From UHGV virus genome UHGV-0142838: a stretch of 25,920 bases of DNA. One strand, given 5' to 3'. The DNA is from a virus. Both the position numbers and the translations under genes were made by a program. Position 1 is the first letter of the stretch. Each line of letters begins with the position of its first letter. Positions 19,075 through 25,920 of this stretch are shown in pieces. Below the pieces are notes generated by a model, which did not search any database, was not told where the DNA came from, and worked only from the letters and a program-made list of their open reading frames with translations.

Positions 19075-19611
19075 TTAATTAGTGAGTCCGGGGATTACGG
19101 TTTGCCCGTGCTGTTCAAGGCGTTCAATTCTCGCCAGTAGCTGAGGCTTCTTAATTTTTCCCCAGCGATTGAGCAGGCGGCCAGACATACTGGCGACATC
19201 CTTCTCTTTCATATACTCCAGCATTATGGCGTTGCGTTCTGCTTCATAACTTTCGCTGTACTTACGGAGTTCTGCAGACATCCAGTTAAAGGCATTTATA
19301 TAGGCCTCTTTAACAGCGTCGGCTTTTGCGCCATTAAATCCCATGACCAGCATAACGAAGCCACTAAAGTCCATGCGGTAGTAAATCTGTTTCTTGTCAA
19401 AAATCCCTAAGTCATTGATTTTTTCGGCAACGCAAAAATGCGCTCTCCGGAAATCTTCAGAGCAATGACAATTTTTCAGCGCCCTCAATACGTCCGCATG
19501 ACGCTTACCAAATGCCTTTGCGATCTGGAAGGTGTCAGTTACCGGTTGACCTTCTGCTGCGGTAACTAACTGGCGAAAGTCAAAGTCATGATTCACAATT
19601 AATTCATTCAT
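19075..19611 (-). CDS. rha: Phage regulatory protein Rha-like
   Basis: ORF track 19075..19680 uses a GTG start; first ATG at 19611 gives MNELIVNHDFDFRQLVTAAEGQPVTDTFQIAKAFGKRHADVLRALKN, typical of the Rha N-terminal domain. Sits between lysis genes and terminase as in P22. Start uncertain. Confidence 0.7.
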   Translation of the reverse strand: MNELIVNHDFDFRQLVTAAEGQPVTDTFQIAKAFGKRHADVLRALKNCHCSEDFRRAHFCVAEKINDLGIFDKKQIYYRMDFSGFVMLVMGFNGAKADAVKEAYINAFNWMSAELRKYSESYEAERNAIMLEYMKEKDVASMSGRLLNRWGKIKKPQLLARIERLEQHGQTVIPGLTN

Positions 19612-19763
19612 GGCGTTACCTGCTACTTCGAAATGAACCTTTGCCGCACAGGAAACCAGCCCACCGAGGCTCGCCAGCACTAACTGGTATCCTCAAAGGC
19701 CCATTCCAAAGGGTCAGGTTCGGTGGTTATTGTGCGCTGCGGTGCGCGGTGAAATACCTATAC

Positions 19764-19791
19764 AAAAACGCCCCGCATCTGCGAGGCATTT
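19764..19791. terminator. Putative bidirectional intrinsic terminator between Rz and rha
   Basis: Seen in sequence: ACAAAAAC-GCCCCGC-ATCT-GCGAGGC-ATTTT; 7-bp stem with one mismatch, A-tract on one side and T-tract on the other. Confidence 0.4.
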
Positions 19792-19829
19792 TCCTGAAAG
19801 TCACTTGTTAAATTTCAGTGAAATTAAAA

Positions 19830-20267
19830 TTATTTTAAGCACTGCGTCCTAATGTAATCCTGCAAGTAGTTAACCTGCGCGGTTATCCTGTCGATTCCAC
19901 TTCGGAGACGGTAATAATTGAGTTCAGCATCTGCTGTAAGTCCTGGGCTTTCTCCATCGCCCATGCTGCTGGCTCCGGTCGTTGACTTTGCACAGGTGGC
20001 GGCGACTTGCAGGCGCTTACGACCAGCAGAAACATCAGCACGGAGACTTTCGATAGTCGCGTTAGCATCAGCAAGCTCCTTTGTGTATCTGGCGTCGAGT
20101 TCTGCTACATCACGTTGACGCTTCTGCATGTCAGCGATGATGGATGCGGCTTTGTCGCGCTGCTCTTTGTAGGCGATGGCGTTATCACGGTAATGATTAA
20201 CAGCCCATAACAGGCAAACGATGATGCAGATAACCAGAGCGGAAATAATCGCGGTGACTCTGCTCAT
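19830..20267 (-). CDS. Rz: Rz i-spanin
   Basis: 145-aa ORF; N-terminal about 35 residues [30 protein letters not shown] match lambda Rz from memory, C-terminal part diverges; overlaps the R stop. Confidence 0.9.
   Translation of the reverse strand: MSRVTAIISALVICIIVCLLWAVNHYRDNAIAYKEQRDKAASIIADMQKRQRDVAELDARYTKELADANATIESLRADVSAGRKRLQVAATCAKSTTGASSMGDGESPGLTADAELNYYRLRSGIDRITAQVNYLQDYIRTQCLK
19883..20068 (-). CDS. Rz1: Rz1 o-spanin lipoprotein, embedded in Rz in the +1 frame
   Basis: ORF track 19883..20074 (TTG start); ATG at 20068 gives [33 protein letters not shown]..., a signal peptide with lipobox and proline-rich mature part, entirely within Rz as in lambda. Confidence 0.8.
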   Translation of the reverse strand: MLTRLSKVSVLMFLLVVSACKSPPPVQSQRPEPAAWAMEKAQDLQQMLNSIITVSEVESTG

Positions 20268-20740
20268 ACCTCAATCTCTCTGACCGTTCCGCCCGCTTCT
20301 TTGAATTTTGCAATCAGGTTGTCAGCCTTATGCTCGAACTGACCATAACCAGCGCCAGGCAGTGAAGCCCAGATATTGCTGCAACGGTCGATTGCCTGAC
20401 GGATATCACCGCGATCAATCATCGGCAAAGCGCCACGCTCTTTAATCTGTTGCAGTGCCACAGCGTCCTGGCTTTTCGGAGAGAAGTCTTTCAGGCCAAG
20501 CTGCTTACGATAGGCATCCCACCAACGGGAAAGAAGCTGGTAACGTCCGGCTGCTGTTGATTTGAGTTTTGGGTTTAGCGTAACAAGTTTGCGAGGGTGA
20601 TCGGAGTAATCAGTGAATAGCTCTCCGCCAACAATGACGTCATAACCATGATTTCTGGTTTTCTGCCGTCCGTTATCAGTTCCCTCTGACCACGCCAGCA
20701 TATCGAGAAACGCCTTACGTTGATTATTGATTTCCACCAT
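20264..20740 (-). CDS. R: Endolysin R (lambda-type lytic transglycosylase)
   Basis: 158-aa product [53 protein letters not shown]... is essentially lambda R as I recall it. Confidence 0.95.
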   Translation of the reverse strand: MVEINNQRKAFLDMLAWSEGTDNGRQKTRNHGYDVIVGGELFTDYSDHPRKLVTLNPKLKSTAAGRYQLLSRWWDAYRKQLGLKDFSPKSQDAVALQQIKERGALPMIDRGDIRQAIDRCSNIWASLPGAGYGQFEHKADNLIAKFKEAGGTVREIEV

Positions 20741-21047
20741 CTTCTACTCCGGCTTTTTTAGCAGCGAAGCGTTTGATAAGCGAACCAATCGAGTCAGTAC
20801 CGATGTAGCCGATGAACACGCTCGTTATATAAGCGAGATTGCTACTTAGTCCGGCGAAGTCGAGAAGGTCACGAATGAACCAGGCGATAATGGCGCACAT
20901 CGTTGCGTCGATTACTGTTTTTGTAAACGCACCGCCATTATATCTGCCGCGAAGGTACGCCATTGCAAACGCAAGGATTGCCCCGATGCCTTGTTCCTTT
21001 GCCGCGAGAATGGCGGCTAACAGGTCATGTTTTTCTGGCATCTTCAT
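20724..21047 (-). CDS. S: Holin S (S107/S105)
   Basis: 107-aa product [39 protein letters not shown]... with the dual-start motif M-K-M; essentially lambda S from memory; overlaps the R start as in lambda. Confidence 0.95.
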   Translation of the reverse strand: MKMPEKHDLLAAILAAKEQGIGAILAFAMAYLRGRYNGGAFTKTVIDATMCAIIAWFIRDLLDFAGLSSNLAYITSVFIGYIGTDSIGSLIKRFAAKKAGVEDGGNQ

Positions 21048-21441
21048 GTCTTACCCCCAATAAGGGGATTTGCTCTATTTAATTAGGAATAAGGTCGATT
21101 ACTGATAGAACAAATCCAGGCTACTGTGTTTAGTAATCAGATTTGTTCGTGACCGATATGCACGGGCAAAACGGCAGGAGGTTGTTAGCGCAGCCTCTTG
21201 CCATCCGCTTTCACGAAGGTCATGTGTAGAAGGCCGCAGCGTAACTATTACTAATGAATTCAGAACAGACAGTGGCTACGGCTCAGTTTGGGTTGTGCTG
21301 TTGCTGGGCGGCGATGACGCCTGTACGCATTTGGTGATCCGGTTCTGCTTCCGGTATTCGCTTAATTCAGCACAACGGAAAGAGCACTGGCTAACCAGGC
21401 TCGCCGACTCTTCACGATTATCGACTCAATGCTCTTACCTG

Positions 21442-21500
21442 TTGTGCAGATATAAAAAATCCCGAAACCGTTATGCAGGCTCTAACTATTACCTGCGAAC
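21442..21500 (-). terminator. tR' terminator (end of the lambda 6S transcript)
   Basis: Minus-strand CCCGAAAC ... GTTTCGGG inverted repeat followed by AUUUUUUAU, about 190 nt downstream of the PR' start region; spacing and sequence agree with lambda tR' from memory. Confidence 0.7.
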
Positions 21501-21645
21501 TGTTTCGGGATTGCATTTTGCAGACCTCTCTGCCTGCGATGGTTGGAGTTCCAGACGATACGTCGAAGTGACCAACTAGGCGGAATCGGTAGTAAGCGCC
21601 GCCTCTTTTCATCTCACTACCACAACGAGCGAATTAACCCATCGT

Positions 21646-21682
21646 TGAGTCAAATTTACCCAATTTTATTCAATAAGTCAAT
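21646..21682 (-). promoter_or_regulatory. Late promoter PR' with overlapping qut site
   Basis: Minus strand reads TTGACT (21681-21676) - 17 bp - TAAATT (21658-21653), matching the lambda PR' region sequence as I remember it, about 40 bp downstream of the Q stop. Confidence 0.7.
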
Positions 21683-21723
21683 ATCATGCCGTTAATATGT
21701 TGCCATCCGTGGCAATCATGCTG

Positions 21724-22347
21724 CTAACGTGTGACCGCATTCAAAATGTTGTCTGCGATTGACTCTTCTTTGTGGCATTGCACCACCAGAGCGTCATACA
21801 GCGGCTTAACAGTGCGTGACCAGGTGGGTTGGGTAAGGTTTGGGATTAGCATCGTCACAGCGCGATATGCTGCGCTTGCTGGCATCCTTGAATAGCCGAC
21901 GCCTTTGCATCTTCCGCACTCTTTCTCGACAACTCTCCCCCACAGCTCTGTTTTGGCAATATCAACCGCACGGCCTGTACCGTGGCAATCTCTGCATCTT
22001 GCCCCCGGCGTCGCGGCACTACGGCAATAATCCGCATAAGCGAATGTTGCGAGCACTTGCAGTACCTTTGCCTTAGTATTTCCTTCAAGCTTTGCCACAC
22101 CACGGTATTTCCCCGATACCTTGTGTGCAAATTGCATCAGATAGTTGATAGCCTTTTGTTTGTCGTTCTGGCTGAGTTCGTGCTTACCGCAGAATGCAGC
22201 CATACCGAATCCGGCTTGTGATTGCGCCATCCCCATAGCAGCCATCACATCAGTACCGGAAAGAGAGTCAGAAGCCGTGGCCCGTGGTGAGTCGCTCATC
22301 ATCGGGCTTTTTGGCGAATGAAATTTAGCTACGCTTTCGAGTCTCAT
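21724..22347 (-). CDS. Q: Late gene antiterminator Q
   Basis: 207-aa product [31 protein letters not shown]... with cysteine cluster CRDCHGTGR...CGRCKG; same length as lambda Q and near-identical from memory. Confidence 0.95.
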   Translation of the reverse strand: MRLESVAKFHSPKSPMMSDSPRATASDSLSGTDVMAAMGMAQSQAGFGMAAFCGKHELSQNDKQKAINYLMQFAHKVSGKYRGVAKLEGNTKAKVLQVLATFAYADYCRSAATPGARCRDCHGTGRAVDIAKTELWGRVVEKECGRCKGVGYSRMPASAAYRAVTMLIPNLTQPTWSRTVKPLYDALVVQCHKEESIADNILNAVTR

Positions 22348-23009
22348 GCGCCTTCTCCCTGTACCTGAATCAATGTGAGGTTTCCGCAGAACACTGCGCC
22401 GGTATCGATATACATCTGGTTGGCAAACTTGAGTGGTTTCACTGCTGGCGTATGACCAAAGATGAACGTGTCCGCGCCTTTGATTTCTTTCACGATCCCG
22501 TCTTGTGAGTTGCTGATTCGTTCGCGGTTCCAGATTACCTGCTGATGATCAACTGGCTTTCCAAACTCGTATTCGTCACAAGGATAATCGGCGTGGCAGA
22601 TGACATATTTTTTATCTTTGCTCACCAGTTCGATGATTAACGGAAGTTCATCTGCTTTATGGGCAAGAGCTTTAGCCAGAATTTCTTTGTCGTAATCGAG
22701 ATTAAAGAACCAGCCACCGCCATTAAGCAGCCAGTGATTAACGTTTCCACGCTCTGATAAGCCATCAATCATCATTTGCTCATGGTTTCCACGTACAGCT
22801 CTGAACCAGGGGAATGTGATTAATTCCAGACATTCGACGTTCTCTGTACCGCGATCGACCAAATCGCCAACCGAGATAAGCAGGTCTTTTTTGGTGTCGA
22901 ATCCTATCGTCTTCAGTTTTTTCATCAGGTTCGTGTAGCATCCGTGCAGATCGCCAACTACCCAAATATTTCGGTATTTGCTGCCATCAATTTTTTCGTA
23001 ATAGCGCAT
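22344..23009 (-). CDS. ninI: Ser/Thr protein phosphatase (lambda PPase, NinI)
   Basis: ORF track 22344..23084; start at ATG 23009 (GGAG upstream) gives 221 aa beginning [24 protein letters not shown] with GDLVDRG and GNHE metallophosphatase motifs, as in lambda PPase. Confidence 0.9.
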   Translation of the reverse strand: MRYYEKIDGSKYRNIWVVGDLHGCYTNLMKKLKTIGFDTKKDLLISVGDLVDRGTENVECLELITFPWFRAVRGNHEQMMIDGLSERGNVNHWLLNGGGWFFNLDYDKEILAKALAHKADELPLIIELVSKDKKYVICHADYPCDEYEFGKPVDHQQVIWNRERISNSQDGIVKEIKGADTFIFGHTPAVKPLKFANQMYIDTGAVFCGNLTLIQVQGEGA

Positions 23010-23193
23010 CTCTTTCACTCCATCCGCGATGAACCATGAGAACGTCGTTGACGATGGCGTGCATTTTCCCGTCTTTATCATCAACGTATTTTCTGACCGT
23101 ACCGCGACTACATTTCAGTCTGCGTGCTACTTCTGTCTGGTTTCCGTATGCTTCAACGAGCATGTCTGGAATGGTTTTTACTGAGAACGTCAT
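22987..23193 (-). CDS. ninH: NinH
   Basis: 68-aa product [37 protein letters not shown]... matches lambda NinH from memory; overlaps the phosphatase gene by 23 nt, as in lambda. Confidence 0.85.
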   Translation of the reverse strand: MTFSVKTIPDMLVEAYGNQTEVARRLKCSRGTVRKYVDDKDGKMHAIVNDVLMVHRGWSERDALLRKN

Positions 23194-23801
23194 GCGGCCT
23201 CACTTCTGCTATTTCGCAGGTCTTTGAGTTTCTGCTGATACTCCGCCTTGATCGCCTTGCACTCTTCGATAGTCCAGCGATGGCGGTTATGGTTTGATTC
23301 GATTTCGTCTACTGCTTCCTGCCCGATGCGGCTAATCAGTTCGACGCGATACGGAACGAGATTTCCGCTTTTGTGCTGGTTGCACACCACGCATTGCTTG
23401 TGAATATTGCGCTCATCAAATCGGAGTTGAGGTGCCGCAGCAGTTGTCCGGTAATGTCCGGCATCCCACTGAGCAGACGTGAGCGTTCCGCACGAGATAC
23501 ATGGTAAGTCGCGGTCTCTTTCTCTGATGAAGGCGTTTACGGCTTGTTGGGCTTGTTTAATCCAGTAACTGCGGGGCTTTAAGGCGAGTTTTCGAATCTT
23601 AAGTTTATCTTTCTGTTTCTGATCCTCTCGTCGTCGTTTCTTCTCTGCTGCTTTTTCCGCTTTTTCGCGTTCTTTACTTCGTCGTTCGAGTGCTATCTTG
23701 GTTCCACACTCTGGAGAGCACCACCACTGATTAGCGAATGCAGGGTGAAACCATTCCCGACATTCATCGTTTTTACATCGTCTTCGCGCTGGTTTAGCCA
23801 T
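23190..23801 (-). CDS. ninG: NinG (Rap) recombination endonuclease
   Basis: 203-aa product [33 protein letters not shown]... matches lambda NinG from memory. Confidence 0.9.
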   Translation of the reverse strand: MAKPARRRCKNDECREWFHPAFANQWWCSPECGTKIALERRSKEREKAEKAAEKKRRREDQKQKDKLKIRKLALKPRSYWIKQAQQAVNAFIRERDRDLPCISCGTLTSAQWDAGHYRTTAAAPQLRFDERNIHKQCVVCNQHKSGNLVPYRVELISRIGQEAVDEIESNHNRHRWTIEECKAIKAEYQQKLKDLRNSRSEAA

Positions 23802-23970
23802 CGTCTTCTTCCTCGTACATTGAGCTATTCGGATCGCTCATCAGTTCTGCACAGCAGTGCTCACACACGTGAACTTCCAGCACATGCAGCTTCTGACCGC
23901 AGTTAGCGCACGTTAAAGCCCGCTCGACGCTTTCTTTCTGGTATTGAAGGGATTGGGATGGGCTAAGCAT
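23794..23970 (-). CDS. ninF: NinF
   Basis: Not in the ORF track (under 60 aa). My translation of the minus strand gives [58 protein letters not shown] (58 aa); stop overlaps the ninG start. Confidence 0.75.
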   Translation of the reverse strand: MLSPSQSLQYQKESVERALTCANCGQKLHVLEVHVCEHCCAELMSDPNSSMYEEEDDG

Positions 23971-24335
23971 TATTGGATTCTCTGCATCATGAGAAAGACA
24001 ATCATGGCGGCGCGGAGGGGATTTTCATGTATAGCTCGCTTAGATTTACAGTAGGCCACACCGCGTGCACCCCACTCGTCTTCATCGAGATTGATAATGC
24101 TAATCCTGTATTTTTCAATAATCGGCCATGCGTCTGCTGGGTTTGCGCATGGGTTAAAGGATCCGCGCTCAACTTCTACTTCAACTGCGTCTCCGTTTAC
24201 AATGTCTCCCTCAAATGAGACAAACACCATATCGCCATTCTCACCTTCTTTGTAATCCGGTGATCCGTTATGAATGGCTTCGAATACCGCCACGTTAATT
24301 TCAAAATCACTTAACTGTGAATAATCCATTGTCAT
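23970..24335 (-). CDS. ninX: NinX-like protein
   Basis: ORF track 23970..24371; start placed at ATG 24335, which forms an ATGA overlap with the ninE stop (alternative ATG 24329). Product [24 protein letters not shown]...; sits between ninE and ninF where P22 has ninX. Confidence 0.65.
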   Translation of the reverse strand: MTMDYSQLSDFEINVAVFEAIHNGSPDYKEGENGDMVFVSFEGDIVNGDAVEVEVERGSFNPCANPADAWPIIEKYRISIINLDEDEWGARGVAYCKSKRAIHENPLRAAMIVFLMMQRIQ

Positions 24336-24508
24336 TTCCTCGCACGATGTCTTAGCCACCGGATATCCCACAGGTGAGCCGTGTAGTTGAAGGTTTTTAC
24401 GTCAGATTCTTTTGGGATTGGCTTGCGTTTATTTCTGGAGCGTTTCGTTGGAAGGTATTTGCAGTTTTCGCAGATGATGTCGGTGATACTTCGTCGCTGT
24501 CGTCTCAT
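24332..24508 (-). CDS. ninE: NinE
   Basis: Not in the ORF track. My translation gives [58 protein letters not shown] (58 aa), lambda NinE-like; start forms an ATGA overlap with the ninC stop. Confidence 0.75.
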   Translation of the reverse strand: MRRQRRSITDIICENCKYLPTKRSRNKRKPIPKESDVKTFNYTAHLWDIRWLRHRARK

Positions 24509-25350
24509 GCCGCATCCTCAAAATTAAATCCAAGCTGACATGAAAATGCTTCACATGATTCAGAACACGAACCTGAATCATACTGTCGCATTGATGTCAT
24601 TCTTGAGGCTAACTCATCTCTTGATATATCACTAAACAAGGCAATCAGTGATTTAAGTGTATTATTCCCTCGATACATAACCGGTTCCTTTCCTGTTTTT
24701 ATTTCTGTATCAAGGATGTTGATAAATGCATCTGCAAGTTCTGGCTCATCCATGGCTGCCAGCGCCACCTTTTGCATACTTTTTTTTATGCAGAAAACAC
24801 AATTACCAAGATGCTCCTGTATGCCAAGATCAAACTTCTGCCCACTCCACCAATCAAGCACATCCTGTTTTTCAAAATCGCTTATATCAGCCAGGTACCG
24901 AAAACCATTAGCCCTTTTAAGCCTGTTTGGTTCATCTGTGCGAATGCCAAGCCATGTGATGTAATTTCCTTTCCCAAACTTTTCCTGACAATATTTGGTG
25001 AATGGAACAGACTTCATTCTGTCGGTACAGAACGCACCGCCGATATATGGATGTCCGTATTTATTCAACATCCTTTTCCACGGTATAAGATCTGGACCAA
25101 TATCATTGACACCTATCTCTTCATAACTACTGGCCTTCCCCATTTCTTGATTAGGTATTACACGAAGGCAATGTAAGTCTATTTTCCAGTTACTGACGAT
25201 ATTTCGGATGAACTCATATGTTTTAGGGTGCTCTGCCCCTGTATCCATGAAAACGTAATGCACGTCTTCACCTGCCTGTCGCTTTTGCTCCATTAGCCAG
25301 AGCAAATATGCTGACGTCCTGCCACCGGAGAAACTAACGACATTTATCAT
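24505..25350 (-). CDS. ninC: NinC (PAPS-reductase-like nin protein)
   Basis: ORF track 24505..25410; start placed at ATG 25350 (ATGA overlap with the ninB stop), giving [24 protein letters not shown]..., where SGGRTS is the PP-loop-like motif of this family. Confidence 0.9.
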   Translation of the reverse strand: MINVVSFSGGRTSAYLLWLMEQKRQAGEDVHYVFMDTGAEHPKTYEFIRNIVSNWKIDLHCLRVIPNQEMGKASSYEEIGVNDIGPDLIPWKRMLNKYGHPYIGGAFCTDRMKSVPFTKYCQEKFGKGNYITWLGIRTDEPNRLKRANGFRYLADISDFEKQDVLDWWSGQKFDLGIQEHLGNCVFCIKKSMQKVALAAMDEPELADAFINILDTEIKTGKEPVMYRGNNTLKSLIALFSDISRDELASRMTSMRQYDSGSCSESCEAFSCQLGFNFEDAA

Positions 25351-25787
25351 GCAGCCCTGTCTCCCCATCGCGCTTTCCATTCGAGAGCCAGTCGCGCTTC
25401 GTCCGACCACTTAACGCCACGCTCTGTACCGAATGCCTGTATAAGCTCTAATAGCTCCGCAAATTCGCTTACACGCATCCTGCTGGTTGACTGGCCTATT
25501 ACCACAAAGCCATTCCCGGCAAGGTTAGGAACAACATCCTGCTGCTTTAATGCTGCGGTAAACACACACTTCCAGCTTTCTGCATCCAGCCAGCGACCAT
25601 GCCATTCAACCTGACGCGAGACGTCACCAAGGCAAGCCCAAAGCTTTCGATTCTGGTCTAAGCTGCGGTTGCGCTCCTGAATGATTACTACGATTGGTTT
25701 GGTTGGGTCTGGAAGGATTTGCTGTACTGCGTGAATAGCGTTTTGCTGATGTGATGGAGATCGAATTTCAAAGGTTAGTTTTTTCAT
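25347..25787 (-). CDS. ninB: NinB (Orf recombination mediator)
   Basis: ORF track 25347..25805; start at ATG 25787 (GGAGAGGGAAG upstream) gives 146 aa MKKLTFEIRSPSHQQNAIHAVQQILPDPTKPIVV..., lambda NinB-like in length and sequence. Confidence 0.9.
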   Translation of the reverse strand: MKKLTFEIRSPSHQQNAIHAVQQILPDPTKPIVVIIQERNRSLDQNRKLWACLGDVSRQVEWHGRWLDAESWKCVFTAALKQQDVVPNLAGNGFVVIGQSTSRMRVSEFAELLELIQAFGTERGVKWSDEARLALEWKARWGDRAA

Positions 25788-25860
25788 GACTTCCCTCTCC
25801 CCCAAATAAAAAGGCCTGCGATTACCAGCAGGCCAGTTATTAGCTCAGTGATGTAGATGG

Positions 25861-25920
25861 TCATACTGAGGTGTACTGGCAATAGCGGACACTACCATTT
25901 GTTCTTTTTTTAAGCAGCCA
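25861..25920 (-). CDS. ren: 3' end of an upstream gene, probably ren (truncated by the window edge)
   Basis: Open minus-strand frame ending at TGA 25863-25861, 73 nt before the ninB start; this matches the lambda ren-ninB spacing. Only 19 codons visible, so identity is inferred from position. Confidence 0.4.
   Translation of the reverse strand, partial: WLLKKRTNGSVRYCQYTSV

Noticed and set aside
21048-21723. Possible tRNA genes or additional ORFs between Q and S, as occur in some lambdoid phages such as Stx phages
   Set aside because: The spacer is the same length as in lambda (about 676 bp) and reads as the lambda PR'/qut/6S/tR' region; I found no cloverleaf-like tRNA structure by eye. The ORFs at 21295-21579 (+) and 21418-21612 (-) fall across the 6S transcript and terminator and are not credible genes.
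1-25920. CRISPR arrays, rRNA genes, integrase or transposase genes
   Set aside because: No regularly spaced direct repeats, rRNA-like sequence or recombinase-like ORF seen; the integrase, if present, should lie outside this window at the other prophage end.

Overview
This window reads as the right-hand part of a mosaic lambdoid prophage (enterobacterial, E. coli/Shigella type), with almost every gene on the minus strand. All family assignments below come from reading the translated ORFs and recalling known phage proteins; no database search was run. From high to low coordinates: (i) a phage-lambda-type nin region, Q antiterminator, PR'/qut/tR' late control region and S-R-Rz/Rz1 lysis cassette (about 19.8-25.9 kb); (ii) a P22/Sf6-type virion module: rha-like gene, small ORFs, terminase small and large subunits, portal, scaffold, coat, gp4/gp10/gp26 tail genes, gp14 and three ejection proteins (about 4.8-19.7 kb); (iii) an accessory locus at the position where P22 carries sieA/immI, holding two divergently transcribed lipoprotein genes and an orphan mnt repressor with a palindromic operator but no arc/ant (about 3.1-4.7 kb); (iv) a chimeric tailspike with a P22-type N-terminal domain, a glycine-rich repeat body and a C-terminal S74-type chaperone (596-2974); (v) about 600 bp of non-coding DNA with a tandem repeat, possibly the prophage end. 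The best candidate for something undescribed is the lipoprotein pair plus the rewired mnt locus. No CRISPR array, rRNA or tRNA was recognised.
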